DNA from: Thermoproteota archaeon
GTDB taxonomy: Archaea; Thermoproteota; Thermoprotei; Thermofilales; B9-G17
DNA length: 64,000 bases
Reading direction: 5' to 3'
Assembly (NCBI GenBank): GCA_029258885.1
Contig: JAPDJW010000003.1
Location: 64,001-128,000, forward strand
Shown here: positions 19,210 to 29,336 of the stretch, in pieces
Position numbering within the stretch: the first letter of the stretch is position 1
Layout of the letters: each line of letters begins with the position of its first letter
Position numbers and translations under genes: made by a program
Notes under the pieces: generated by a model
The model's input: the letters and a program-made list of their open reading frames with translations, nothing else
Database searches by the model: none
What the model was told of the DNA's origin: nothing

Positions 19210-21102
19210 TTAATTTTCCTGTAGGTTCCTCAGCTTATACGTTTTCCTCAATTTAAATTCGGCTCTCCTACCTATGTTCCAGTTTCCAACTGGCCTATAG
19301 TAGCCTACGATTCTGCTCCAAACACTTGTATCTGAGCTGCAGCGGGGACATTTCCATACCACGCCCACGGTATTCCAGCCGCACCTCCTACATACGCTTA
19401 TAGACGGCGTTATGCTGAAGTAAACCACCTTGGTGTTCTCACATATTCTACGTATAAGGTTTCTAAGAGCCCTTGTATCCGGTGCTTCACTTAGAAATAT
19501 GTGCATCATAACTCCTCCAGTAAACTCCTGCTGGACTAAACCCTCCCATTCAGCCCTCAAATATACTGGAACATCAGCATAGTATGGGACAACGCTATTG
19601 CTGTAAAATGGTGCAACTCCATCAGTAGGTATAGCTACTCGATCCATCTCATCCCTGCGTTTAAACAGCTTCGTATCAAGTAGCGCCAGCCTATAGCTCG
19701 TATACTCCCCGGGCACTTCCTCGACATTATATAGACAGCCGTCCTCCTCCTCACATTCGATACAATACCTCCTTACTGCTTCAACCATTCTGCGTTCAAT
19801 ATCCACTGCCTCCCTCATTTCCCTCCTGGAGCCATTAAGCCAAAGCCTAGGGTTCCCCATGAAGTTTGCAGCGGCCTCAGGCAGGCCTATTAAACCGAAT
19901 GTATTGTAGTGGTTCCAGAAGTGGCTTAAATAAATTCTAGTTATAGGCATTAATCCACTATTTAGTGATTTCATGTACCTCTTCCTCAATGTTAATAGAA
20001 CTCGTCGAGCAAGCTCAAGCCGCTCCCTTAACATATCCTCGAATACATCCCACTCCCCTCTACTGAGGGCGGCGATTCTAGGCAGGTTAACTGTAACTAC
20101 CCCTATACTGCCCGTAGCATCTGGAAGAGCCCAAATACCCCTAGTACCTCCAACCTTTCCAAGCTCATCCTTAAGCCTAAGTTTAACCCTCGAGATATCC
20201 ACTGTTAATCTACAGCACATAGCATACAATGCCTCCACATCCGTCGCATAGCCGTTTAATAGGTAGGCTACACCCCTCCTTGCAAGCCCCTCAAATATTA
20301 TATCAGTAAGCTCCCCCCACCTCCTGCCGTTCCAGTCGAAGTCTCTAGTAACCATTAACGTCGGTATAGGGAATGTGAAGGGCTGACCAAGGCTATCGCC
20401 CTCGAGATACAGTTCAAAAAGTGCCTTAGAGAAGAGCAGGGCTTCATCTATATAGTCGCCTATTAATCCAGCGGATTTACCTGCAACCCTAACCTTAACG
20501 TCGAGCAGTCTCCTAGAAACATCAAGGAACAATGTTATGTTGGTAAATGGAGTCTGCATCCCAAGCCTAGCTGGTACGTTAAGCTGATAGAGCATGCTTT
20601 GAAGCCTCTGCTTAACCCTCCTATAGCTTAGATTATCAAATCTAATGAATGGAGCTAGAAATAAATCGACTGCCGAGAACGCCTGAGCCCCAGTCCACTC
20701 CTGCTGAGCCACATACAGGAAATCAACTATCTGTGAGAGAGCTGACTCAAAGTGCTTAGGCGGTCCAGCAATTACAGCCGGAGTCTTTAATCCCACTGAA
20801 ATTATTCTACTAATAGACCATCCGGTGCAGTACGGTATCCAAAGGGAGTAGGGCAGCTTATGGATGTGTATATCCCCGTTAACGTGAGCCCTAACGGCTT
20901 CGGAAGGAAGATATTTAGACAGTACATCCTCTGTTTTAAGCAGTTTATCCAGCATGAAGTCTATAAAGGAGCCCATCGATACGGTCATGTTAGCATTCTC
21001 ATATACCTCCTGATCCCTACCGCTTAGATAGCTTTCCTCAATCTCCAGTATCTTGTCTCCAATTTCCACATTAAAATAGTACACATAGAAGCGTATAAAC
21101 AT
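19210..21102 (-). CDS. nrdD: class III anaerobic ribonucleoside-triphosphate reductase, no ATP-cone
   Basis: HVNGDIHIH, PYC, QTPFTN, YAMCCRL finger loop, CRRC/CPRC Zn site, RIVGYY glycyl-radical motif. Confidence 0.95.
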   Translation of the reverse strand: MFIRFYVYYFNVEIGDKILEIEESYLSGRDQEVYENANMTVSMGSFIDFMLDKLLKTEDVLSKYLPSEAVRAHVNGDIHIHKLPYSLWIPYCTGWSISRIISVGLKTPAVIAGPPKHFESALSQIVDFLYVAQQEWTGAQAFSAVDLFLAPFIRFDNLSYRRVKQRLQSMLYQLNVPARLGMQTPFTNITLFLDVSRRLLDVKVRVAGKSAGLIGDYIDEALLFSKALFELYLEGDSLGQPFTFPIPTLMVTRDFDWNGRRWGELTDIIFEGLARRGVAYLLNGYATDVEALYAMCCRLTVDISRVKLRLKDELGKVGGTRGIWALPDATGSIGVVTVNLPRIAALSRGEWDVFEDMLRERLELARRVLLTLRKRYMKSLNSGLMPITRIYLSHFWNHYNTFGLIGLPEAAANFMGNPRLWLNGSRREMREAVDIERRMVEAVRRYCIECEEEDGCLYNVEEVPGEYTSYRLALLDTKLFKRRDEMDRVAIPTDGVAPFYSNSVVPYYADVPVYLRAEWEGLVQQEFTGGVMMHIFLSEAPDTRALRNLIRRICENTKVVYFSITPSISVCRRCGWNTVGVVWKCPRCSSDTSVWSRIVGYYRPVGNWNIGRRAEFKLRKTYKLRNLQEN

Positions 21103-21168
21103 ATAGCTATATGGGCTAAATTTAATTTAACAAGTAAACGAATGTAGGTTTCCAAGCTTTAGATTCCG

Positions 21169-21795
21169 TTACTGCTTAACTCCTCTTATACATACGAATC
21201 CACGCCTGCTCGGTATGGGAGAGGGTTCCTCGCGTATGGGCTCAAGCGATGATAGCGTTGCTGAATACTCCTCTATCTTAAAGCCTGCTCTCTCCATAAG
21301 CTCCTCAACTTCCCTTAGGCTGTATAATCTAGCATATTTAAAAAACACGCTCTTACCCTCTCTCCTAAGCTCTTCATAGTATCTTCCCCATACGGAATCC
21401 CTTGGCACAGTACACACTATAATTGATCCACCCTTCCTCAGAACCCTCCAAGCCTCCTCCAAAACCATTAAGGGCTTCTCGAGGAATGAGAGAGTCAATA
21501 TTAAAAGCACGTTATCGAACACCCCAGATCCAAACGGCAACTTCTCACCGAAGGCCTGAACCACATCAACTCCACGAGACCTCGCCTTAAACAGTGGCTT
21601 ACGGGCTGGATCAACGCCCAAGTCAACGCCTAGTCTCCAGGCGAAGTATCCCGTCCCGACACCTATCTCAAGACTTAACCCAGGCCTTAAAAGCCGCCCT
21701 ACAGCCCTAACCTCATTCTCGGCAATAACCCTATTCTCCAAATACCATTTATCGTATAGGTCACAATATTCATCAAAGATCCTATAGCTAACCAC
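21169..21795 (-). CDS. class I SAM-dependent methyltransferase
   Basis: LEIGVGTG, GVDP, GEKLPF. Confidence 0.92.
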   Translation of the reverse strand: MVSYRIFDEYCDLYDKWYLENRVIAENEVRAVGRLLRPGLSLEIGVGTGYFAWRLGVDLGVDPARKPLFKARSRGVDVVQAFGEKLPFGSGVFDNVLLILTLSFLEKPLMVLEEAWRVLRKGGSIIVCTVPRDSVWGRYYEELRREGKSVFFKYARLYSLREVEELMERAGFKIEEYSATLSSLEPIREEPSPIPSRRGFVCIRGVKQ

Positions 21796-22069
21796 GATAA
21801 ACCACTCCCACTACATCTTCAGTCAAACGACTCCTAACATTTATCCTTTACGTGCCCAGATATGCTTATTCATCCTTTTTGTAATCAGCTTAGTTTGGGG
21901 AGATATGCCTCCTACGTATAGGGGCTGTTAAGCCTCAAGATAACCTGCCATGGCATAGTATCGGAGTATGGTGTAGGGACTAGAAGGCTATAGCCTATCA
22001 TATAAGGTGGCTTAAGTTGTCTGAGTTTTTATAAATAGAAATTTATATAACTTCCGCTCCTATTTATTC

Positions 22070-23461
22070 ATGAACAGATATGTTGTACTAATTGTAATTA
22101 TCCTGATAGTCTCCATAGTTGCTGCCACATTTATTTTCTGGAATCCCTTCCAGCAGGAAAGAAGCCCTGAGGATATTCTAAATCAGCTGTATTCAATTCA
22201 TCCCTCCCCGAGCGCAGCTGAGAAGGGCGAGCCACCTATAAACGTTATCTTCGTACTACACATCGAGCCATGCTTAGATAAAAGCGGATACATGTATATG
22301 AGTAGCAGTAGGATTTATCAGGAGTATAACGAGGTTAAGCAGGAGCTGCAGTGGCTCCTAAACTTCTGCTCCCAAACGGGAGTAAAGATGACCGCCCTAT
22401 TCAACGGCTGGTATATGCAGGTGGCACTGCGGAAAAACGACCTAAATCATCTAAAGTATCTCCTAAGCGCTGGACACGAGATAGGCACCCACGCCCACAG
22501 TATATGCTACGATAAGGCGAAGGATGCATGGCATAGATGCAGCCAACCTGACAGGTGGTTTGCGGATGCGAAGAAGGCAATCGATGAAGTCCTCTCTAAA
22601 ATCGGGATGGGGAAGAACCGTGTAATGTGCGCCATGTTCGAGAGGGGGAAATACGCTCAAGAGTGTGCTTTAATGCAGAAATACGGCTTCGATATAGGGC
22701 TTGGAAACAGGCCGGAGATAGCGTTAAACTACTTTGGACACATCGCCTGGAACCCCTGGAGGGCGAGCTGCGTCGACGACTACTCCTCCTGCCTAGCTGA
22801 GAATTTCTCAACACCCTTCGTAAGCATAGACCATAGAGCACAGATAGGATCCACAACCGCTCATGGAGGCGTAGATTCACGCTCCAACACGCTTAAGAGG
22901 CAGTTCCTCATGATCTTCCTAGAATGGAAGGTTAGGGAAGCCTACGACATCGAGGATAAGGTGTGGAGCTGGGGAGTCGTCCACCACCCCAACTATGGAT
23001 CAAGATACCACGACCACATAGAGGACTTCTTCACATGGCTAAACAAATACTTCATAAACAAGAAGACCGTTAAAGGATATACCATAGCCGTCTACGCAAC
23101 AGCATCCCAGGTAGCCGACGAATACTATAGCTGGGAGAAGAACCACCCCGGCAGGTCATCGTTCAGCTACACGGAGGGAGGAAAGTACCCATACTATACA
23201 GAGTTTGCGAAAAACATACTTCTCAACTCAGAGTACCAGGGAGAGGAACAGCTATCCAACGACGTCATCGCATTCATACTGAAGAACAGTAAAGGCTACG
23301 TAATAGTCCTATGGAATAAAGGCGGAGGAATAAAAACAGTAGACCTCACAAAATACTTCAGCGGCGAAGTAAAGCTCTGCACACCATGGGGAACATACGT
23401 CACACTAAAACCAAACAACATCCCAATAGGCGACATACCACTAATTGTAGTAAAAAGCTAA
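22070..23461 (+). CDS. membrane-anchored polysaccharide-deacetylase / GH57-like barrel protein
   Basis: N-terminal TM; FVLHIEP, KMTALF, GHEIGTHAH motifs; C-terminal beta domain. Confidence 0.6.
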   Translation: MNRYVVLIVIILIVSIVAATFIFWNPFQQERSPEDILNQLYSIHPSPSAAEKGEPPINVIFVLHIEPCLDKSGYMYMSSSRIYQEYNEVKQELQWLLNFCSQTGVKMTALFNGWYMQVALRKNDLNHLKYLLSAGHEIGTHAHSICYDKAKDAWHRCSQPDRWFADAKKAIDEVLSKIGMGKNRVMCAMFERGKYAQECALMQKYGFDIGLGNRPEIALNYFGHIAWNPWRASCVDDYSSCLAENFSTPFVSIDHRAQIGSTTAHGGVDSRSNTLKRQFLMIFLEWKVREAYDIEDKVWSWGVVHHPNYGSRYHDHIEDFFTWLNKYFINKKTVKGYTIAVYATASQVADEYYSWEKNHPGRSSFSYTEGGKYPYYTEFAKNILLNSEYQGEEQLSNDVIAFILKNSKGYVIVLWNKGGGIKTVDLTKYFSGEVKLCTPWGTYVTLKPNNIPIGDIPLIVVKS

Positions 23462-23537
23462 CCTAACTTAATCCCTAAAACGGCAATATCTTAAGGATTC
23501 TAAATAAACTATATATTGTCTACTGAGAATAGTATGA

Positions 23538-24557
23538 TTGTCGGTGCATGAAATGAGCAACATTTTAATTGAAAGCATAGAAATCTCTGAGTTTCGAGGC
23601 ATTAGAAAGCTGAAGAGCCCCCTAAACCTAACATCCTTCAACGTATTAATTGGAAGAAATAACGTAGGGAAATCCGCAGTTCTAGAGGCCCTATACTTCC
23701 TAACAAGACCTCACCTTGAAACAGTATATCCTTACTGGAAGAACATATTCAGTTTTATAGCGGGACTACACGGCGGCTCATCATCCTTAATATACGGCTA
23801 TGCTGGAGAGGCAGTGCTAAAATACAGCCTTAGACATAAATCATCGGTAAGAAGGGTACGTATCGTAATTAACCGCAATGGATTAAAGAGCTTAACCATC
23901 GACGAAGTAGAAGCTGACCCCAGTAAATATGTTAAATTCCTGAATTCGCTTGGCTTAAGTGTAGATACTAATATTCTGGCACTATATATTCCAAACAACA
24001 GTTCAGCTTACAGTGTAATCTCAAGGTTTATGCTGAAAGACGAGGTCTGGTCTTATATTGAGAAAAGAGGATTACATAGCAAGGTTGTAAAGGAGCTCCT
24101 AGCTCCAGCACTATACGACAGGTTTACAGAGGTCACAATTAAGAAAAATAAACTATGCATAAGAAAAGAGGTAAGCGAGACCATAGGGCCCCTCTATATA
24201 GACGTGAATTCGCTTGGCGAGGGAGTTAAAAGATGTATCCTAGCATACTTAGCCATAGAGTACCTAAATCCGAGAGTAGTATTGTGGGATGATATAGAGG
24301 TTGCAGTACATCCAAGCCTACTAGAGACAATGCTAAAGTGGCTCGCAAATTCGGGAAGACAAGTCGTTTTAACGACACACAGTATAGACGTCCTACATAC
24401 CCTCACGAGAATACAGCCTAAGGATCTAAAAGTTATAGTACTCAAGAAGAGTAGAGAGGATGTTGTTCAGCATCAATCACTAACCTTAGATGAAGTCGAG
24501 GATCTCTTCGAATCAGGAATCGATTTAAGGAAGATTATTGAGGAGCTTAAACTATGA
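23538..24557 (+). CDS. AAA_15/AAA_21 (ABC/OLD-like) ATPase
   Basis: EFRGI, GRNNVGKS, LGEG, WDDIEVAVHP, TTHS; ATG 23553 is a probable start. Confidence 0.88.
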   Translation: MSVHEMSNILIESIEISEFRGIRKLKSPLNLTSFNVLIGRNNVGKSAVLEALYFLTRPHLETVYPYWKNIFSFIAGLHGGSSSLIYGYAGEAVLKYSLRHKSSVRRVRIVINRNGLKSLTIDEVEADPSKYVKFLNSLGLSVDTNILALYIPNNSSAYSVISRFMLKDEVWSYIEKRGLHSKVVKELLAPALYDRFTEVTIKKNKLCIRKEVSETIGPLYIDVNSLGEGVKRCILAYLAIEYLNPRVVLWDDIEVAVHPSLLETMLKWLANSGRQVVLTTHSIDVLHTLTRIQPKDLKVIVLKKSREDVVQHQSLTLDEVEDLFESGIDLRKIIEELKL

Positions 24558-24714
24558 GAATCGTGGAGGCTGGTTTAAAGGGTAAGGTTCATGCCTTTAT
24601 TCTAACAGGAAAAGGCCTAGAGACATAAGAATAATGAGCGAGTTAGCCAGTAAATATAATCATAGCAAGATACTTAAGTATCCAGTACTACCTATTGGAA
24701 GAGCCACAGTTTAA
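24554..24714 (+). pseudogene. frameshifted, truncated partner gene of the ATPase
   Basis: ATG overlaps the ATPase stop (ATGA). Reads MRIVEAGLKGKVHAFILTG, then in another frame KRPRDIRIMSELASKYNHSKILKYP...*. Confidence 0.5.
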
Positions 24715-24789
24715 TAAAAATAAACCTTAAGATGATAGTGAGTGAAGAAGTACTATTGGTATTGATACTTATGCACATGCTATGAGAGG

Positions 24790-25278
24790 ATGATGTTCAT
24801 GGAGATAGTTTATAGGCCTATTGGTGTTATAAGGACTCCATTTAAGAGTCCGGTTGGTGTTCCGATACAGCCGCCAGCTGGAAGGGGAGTTAGGGGTGTT
24901 GTTGAGGTTTTCCCAGAGTACGTGGAGGGGTTAAAGGATCTGGAGGGCTTCTCATACATCATATTGATTTACCACTTCCATCTGGTTAAGAGGTACTCGT
25001 TAAGGGTTACTCCGTACATGGATAGTGAGGCTAGAGGCGTGTTTGCAACGCGTGCACCAGCTAGACCTAATCCTATTGGGATATCGATCGTTAAGCTGGT
25101 GAAGATTGAGGGGAATAAGCTCTACATAGAGGACGTCGATATAGTCGACGGTACACCGCTCCTCGATATAAAACCCTACGTCCCTGAATTCGACTATAGG
25201 CCGAATGCTAGGATTGGATGGCTTGAAAAGAGAGTTAAAAAGCTTAAGAATACGAGAGACGATGGAAGATTCATGTAA
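24790..25278 (+). CDS. trmO: tRNA t6A37 N6-methyltransferase TrmO (TsaA)
   Basis: PIGVIRTPF, GLKDLEGFSY, GVFATRAPARPNPIG, DGTPLLDIKPY. Confidence 0.93.
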   Translation: MMFMEIVYRPIGVIRTPFKSPVGVPIQPPAGRGVRGVVEVFPEYVEGLKDLEGFSYIILIYHFHLVKRYSLRVTPYMDSEARGVFATRAPARPNPIGISIVKLVKIEGNKLYIEDVDIVDGTPLLDIKPYVPEFDYRPNARIGWLEKRVKKLKNTRDDGRFM

Positions 25279-25587
25279 ACAGCCATCATCACCTGTTTAT
25301 CTATATTAAAGATTATTCGGGCTAATAGTTTTCCATACATCAACCTATAGCTATGCTTTTGACAAGTTAATTAAAGTTAACCTTCATAAATGTTTAGGTG
25401 ATTGTTCCTGAGAGAATAGCCTCCCTATTCAAGTATTTAAAGGCTATATTGGAGGAGGAATAAAGAATTATTAAGTTGCTTGAAGTGGGATAAGTGTATT
25501 ATCTGGCTGAAGGAATATCGTATATCACTTTTCATTGATATTTTCCATATGGGTAGAGTTTTATATTGCGATGAAGTTAAATAGGGT

Positions 25588-26622
25588 ATGTGTGAGTTGC
25601 TTGCGTTATCTTTTAATATGTCGGTTAACTTCAAGCTTTCAATTAAAGTATTTAGGCGGAGGGGAGAAGTTAATCCTGATGGCTGGGGGATAGCGTTCTA
25701 TCCCGATGAAGCTGCTGTGGTGATAAAGGAGCCAGCGTCCTCCATCGGCAGTAGGCTATTTAATTTCCTTATGAGTTATAGTGAAGTATCATCTAGGATT
25801 TTTATAGCTCATGTTAGGCTTGCTAGTAGGGGAGAAATAGCCTATAAAAATACTCACCCATTTATCAGGGAGCTAAATGGAAGAGACTATGTATTTGCGC
25901 ATAATGGAACTATTCGTGACTATAAGAGGTTTAGGCTGGGCAGATTTAAGCCTATTGGGGAAACAGATTCTGAATACATCTTCTGTCATCTTCTCTCGGA
26001 AATTGAAAGGAGAGGTGTAGTATCGTGGAGCAGAGAAGATTTTAGCTGGCTTCACGGTAAATTTAGGGCATTAAATAAATATGGTAGTTTAAACTGCCTG
26101 CTTTCAGATGGAGAATACCTCTTTGCATACCATGATATAGAAGGCTATAATGGCTTACACTATGTTTGGAGAGGATCACCTTTCCCTAAGGTTAAGCTTC
26201 TCGATGAGGACTTCGAAATAGATCTACAAGAAATTAAAGATCCTAGAGAGAGGGGCTACGTAGTTGCCACGAAGCCTTTAACAAGCGAGGAATGGCTAAG
26301 CTTTACGCCCGGTGAACTCATAGTTTTTAGGGACGGTGAAATCGTATATAGGAGTTCGATGCCAAAGCTATCTAGTGAGGAAGTTAACGTATTAAAGTTC
26401 ATTAGAGAAAGTCCTCATAGAGTTAGCCTAAAGATGATCTCTAGTGAATACTCATTACCCATAGACCATGCCAGGGACATCATTAGAAGGCTATTGTGCA
26501 AGGGATTAATTAAACAGGATAGCAGGGATAGAGTAGGATGGAGCAGTCAAGATGCAACATTCTACACTAATCCTCCCTTGAGGGATGAAATAGATCATTT
26601 ACTGTACCTTCAAGTCGAATAG
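25588..26622 (+). CDS. class II glutamine amidotransferase (YafJ-like) fused to C-terminal winged HTH
   Basis: MCELL N-terminal Cys, NPDGWG, AHVR, NTHPF, FAHNGT, GETDSE; last ~85 aa wHTH-like. Confidence 0.85.
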   Translation: MCELLALSFNMSVNFKLSIKVFRRRGEVNPDGWGIAFYPDEAAVVIKEPASSIGSRLFNFLMSYSEVSSRIFIAHVRLASRGEIAYKNTHPFIRELNGRDYVFAHNGTIRDYKRFRLGRFKPIGETDSEYIFCHLLSEIERRGVVSWSREDFSWLHGKFRALNKYGSLNCLLSDGEYLFAYHDIEGYNGLHYVWRGSPFPKVKLLDEDFEIDLQEIKDPRERGYVVATKPLTSEEWLSFTPGELIVFRDGEIVYRSSMPKLSSEEVNVLKFIRESPHRVSLKMISSEYSLPIDHARDIIRRLLCKGLIKQDSRDRVGWSSQDATFYTNPPLRDEIDHLLYLQVE

Positions 26623-26663
26623 GAGGAGAATTAAATAAATAATATTGAATTTTTCCTCCTATG

Positions 26664-27788
26664 CTAGGTTTTAAGTACCACTATAGTTCCTTCCACATCG
26701 ATTGTGATTGGCTCGGATGGCTCGCATCCGTAGAACTGGCCTAGCATTTCGGGATACTCGACCGTAGAGGTTTCGGTTGTTCCCATAACTGTATCATCTA
26801 TTTTTGGTTTGAGAGCTTTAATTAAGGCTTCTAATGGGGCTGTGGATAGCCAGAAGCCTTTTGTTACCTTAGTAGTGCTTGTAGTTACTTTATCTCCGGA
26901 TTTTATGGTTGTAATTCGTGTGCCCGTTAATTCTCCTAGATACCATTCCCCATATCCCACATTAATATCGATTATGTGGCCTTGAGCATCAATTGTTATC
27001 TCAACGGTTGTTCCGAGGCTTTGCCCCTCGGGCATCCTATTTATATAGCCCTCTATAGTTATGTTTACTTCAGCGACGGTGCCCTTCTGCTGTGATACCT
27101 GATAGTAGAATTTGCGTGTATATGCCTTAGATACCTCTATTAGCTCGAGGATGCCTGAGTAGACGTCGCCGATTTCCGTTGATGATTTCTTTGTGAGGCA
27201 TAAACGGAAGGAGTAAATATAGTGTGTTGTAAAGCTGGAGGTATACGGTGCAATGTTCTGAAGTGTTCCGCTGGTCTCTCCGCTGAAGACTACATCTGCA
27301 TATATTGTAATATTCAGCCATGCTTTTGTTCCTGTACCTCCGCTGCCTCCCTGCCGTCCCTGATTATCCTGCCTCTGGGTTTCATTTAAGGTGCTGGGAG
27401 GTAAGCCTATAACCTTAATCTTAACCTTCTCCTCCTCATTCCCGTAAGCTACGGTTAGCTCCCCTTCCTCCTTCCCCAGTTTAGATATCTTCACTGTAAG
27501 CGTAGCGTTAGCATAGTCCCCCTTGTTTAAAGTCAAGTATTGGGGAGATACTGTGGCATTCGTAAGATTACTTACGGTTAAGCTCGCCACAACACCTCTG
27601 CCGCTTATACACTCCACCTTAACTTCCCTTGTAACAACGCTACCCACTGGACCCTTAATAACTATCTCTTGTGGGGATACCGTAAGGCTCCATTTTTCAG
27701 GAGGATTAAAAACCGTATAAATTAGCAGAATGGAGGCTACAGCACCTAAAACCACTAACCCTAACAATATTAGGATTAGCGGTTTCAT
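26664..27788 (-). CDS. membrane-anchored extracellular protein with Ig-like domain
   Basis: N-terminal TM, Ig-like segment, Gly/Gln linker, Thr-rich beta domain. Confidence 0.6.
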   Translation of the reverse strand: MKPLILILLGLVVLGAVASILLIYTVFNPPEKWSLTVSPQEIVIKGPVGSVVTREVKVECISGRGVVASLTVSNLTNATVSPQYLTLNKGDYANATLTVKISKLGKEEGELTVAYGNEEEKVKIKVIGLPPSTLNETQRQDNQGRQGGSGGTGTKAWLNITIYADVVFSGETSGTLQNIAPYTSSFTTHYIYSFRLCLTKKSSTEIGDVYSGILELIEVSKAYTRKFYYQVSQQKGTVAEVNITIEGYINRMPEGQSLGTTVEITIDAQGHIIDINVGYGEWYLGELTGTRITTIKSGDKVTTSTTKVTKGFWLSTAPLEALIKALKPKIDDTVMGTTETSTVEYPEMLGQFYGCEPSEPITIDVEGTIVVLKT

Positions 27789-28140
27789 TCCACCTTAATA
27801 AACTAAGCATCGATATATAAATTTTCATAACGCATTACCATTTTCTATACTACATTCCTATATTGGGTAAATCTAAAGAAAAGAATACCGAATGTTCTGC
27901 CAGTATTTAAGGAGTTTCTTGCTAATCTCGATGTGGACACATTAGTGACAAGGCATAAACATAATATAGTAAAAGTACAGTATGTTTATCTGTGTGCTTT
28001 CCTCTTCAACACATAGCCTAACCAAATTAAGCAATAGATGATGACATTGTACTTAAAGATCGTAATATCCCTTATATCAGCAAGCCTTAGATTCATTCGA
28101 TAGATGTAAACTTTTTAATCATAATTCCACTATTTTATTC

Positions 28141-29178
28141 ATGCGTTTCATAAGGATCTCCCAAAATTCGGGTTTGAAGGTTTCTATTATAAGCTTAGGG
28201 ACATGGCATTTACCGAGACTTCCTGAAAGAGATGAAGCTGGAGCATATAGAATAGATTTAGAAGAGTTTAGGAAGGTTCTGAAGTACGCCTATGATAATG
28301 GTGTAGTATTCATAGATACTGCTAACAGGTATCATGGAGGCATTTCACCAGTCCCCTTAACGCATGTTGGAAATGCTGAAAGAGTCCTGGGGAAAACAAT
28401 TAAGGATCTCGGGATAGATAGAGAGGAGCTCGTAATAGCTACTAAGGTTGCTGGAGAAATGTCTCCTGGACCTAACGGTAGAGGACTTAGTAGGAAGCAT
28501 ATCATGTGGCAAATTAGGGAAAGCCTGAGGAGGCTTCAAACGGATTACGTCGACATATACTATGCGCACATATACGACCCAGATGTGCCTAAAAGGGAGA
28601 CTATGTCAACATTTAACGATTTGGTGCATCAAGGCTTAGTCAGATATATTGGAATGAGCAATATTCCAGCTTATCACCTCGTTGAATACATCATGATCTC
28701 TGAGAAAGTAGGCTTCGAACCAATAACAGTACTGCAGTATAGATATAATATTTTATCGAGGGAGATAGAGAAGGAAATTATACCGATAGCTAAGCAGTTC
28801 GGCATAGGTATTGCAGCATATTCTCCCCTCTCTCAGGGAATTCTAGCTGGAAAATATATCGACTTCGAAAGCAAGAAGTGGATAATACCTCCACTTTCTA
28901 GGGGAACATACCAGAAATTCGATAGATTCTTTACAAAGGAGAACTTGGAGAAGATTCTAAGGTTAGCTGAGCTGGCCAAAGAGGAGGGACTAACACTACC
29001 ACAGCTAGCAATTGCATGGGTTATAAATATGGGGGAAAGGGTGTGGCATGTTCCCATAGTACCAATAGTAGGAGTTTCTAAACTAAAGCATATGGTAGAA
29101 GCAGTTGAGGCATCAGAAGTAAACTTAACATACGATGTACTCAAAGTAATAGATGAAATATCTCCTCCGCCAAGTTAA
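28141..29178 (+). CDS. aldo/keto reductase
   Basis: SLGTW, IDTANRY, IATK, DYVDIYYAH, IGMSN, YSPLSQG. Confidence 0.95.
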   Translation: MRFIRISQNSGLKVSIISLGTWHLPRLPERDEAGAYRIDLEEFRKVLKYAYDNGVVFIDTANRYHGGISPVPLTHVGNAERVLGKTIKDLGIDREELVIATKVAGEMSPGPNGRGLSRKHIMWQIRESLRRLQTDYVDIYYAHIYDPDVPKRETMSTFNDLVHQGLVRYIGMSNIPAYHLVEYIMISEKVGFEPITVLQYRYNILSREIEKEIIPIAKQFGIGIAAYSPLSQGILAGKYIDFESKKWIIPPLSRGTYQKFDRFFTKENLEKILRLAELAKEEGLTLPQLAIAWVINMGERVWHVPIVPIVGVSKLKHMVEAVEASEVNLTYDVLKVIDEISPPPS

Positions 29179-29336
29179 TTTTCTTAGGATTATATACCGT
29201 CCCTAATCTAATACTAAGCTTACTGTAATAGTATGATGAAGACCTAATAGTGCCGTTACGTAGGTGCATCTTTTCACTGTAGTTTCATGAATGATCCAGC
29301 TAGCTTTCATCGAACGGTAGGAAAGCTTGTGAAGCC

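Noticed and set aside
19180-19211. Imperfect tandem repeat ATTGTAGGG(A/GT)GAAG next to the nrdD stop
   Set aside because: Two degenerate copies only; plausible by chance or local slippage
21800-22060. Possible IS200/IS605 remnant
   Set aside because: No transposase or TnpB motif and no terminal hairpin could be identified
28043-28075. Possible C/D sRNA starting GATGATGA
   Set aside because: No C' box or CTGA D box at a suitable distance; the same applies to ATGATGA near 29233 and 46980
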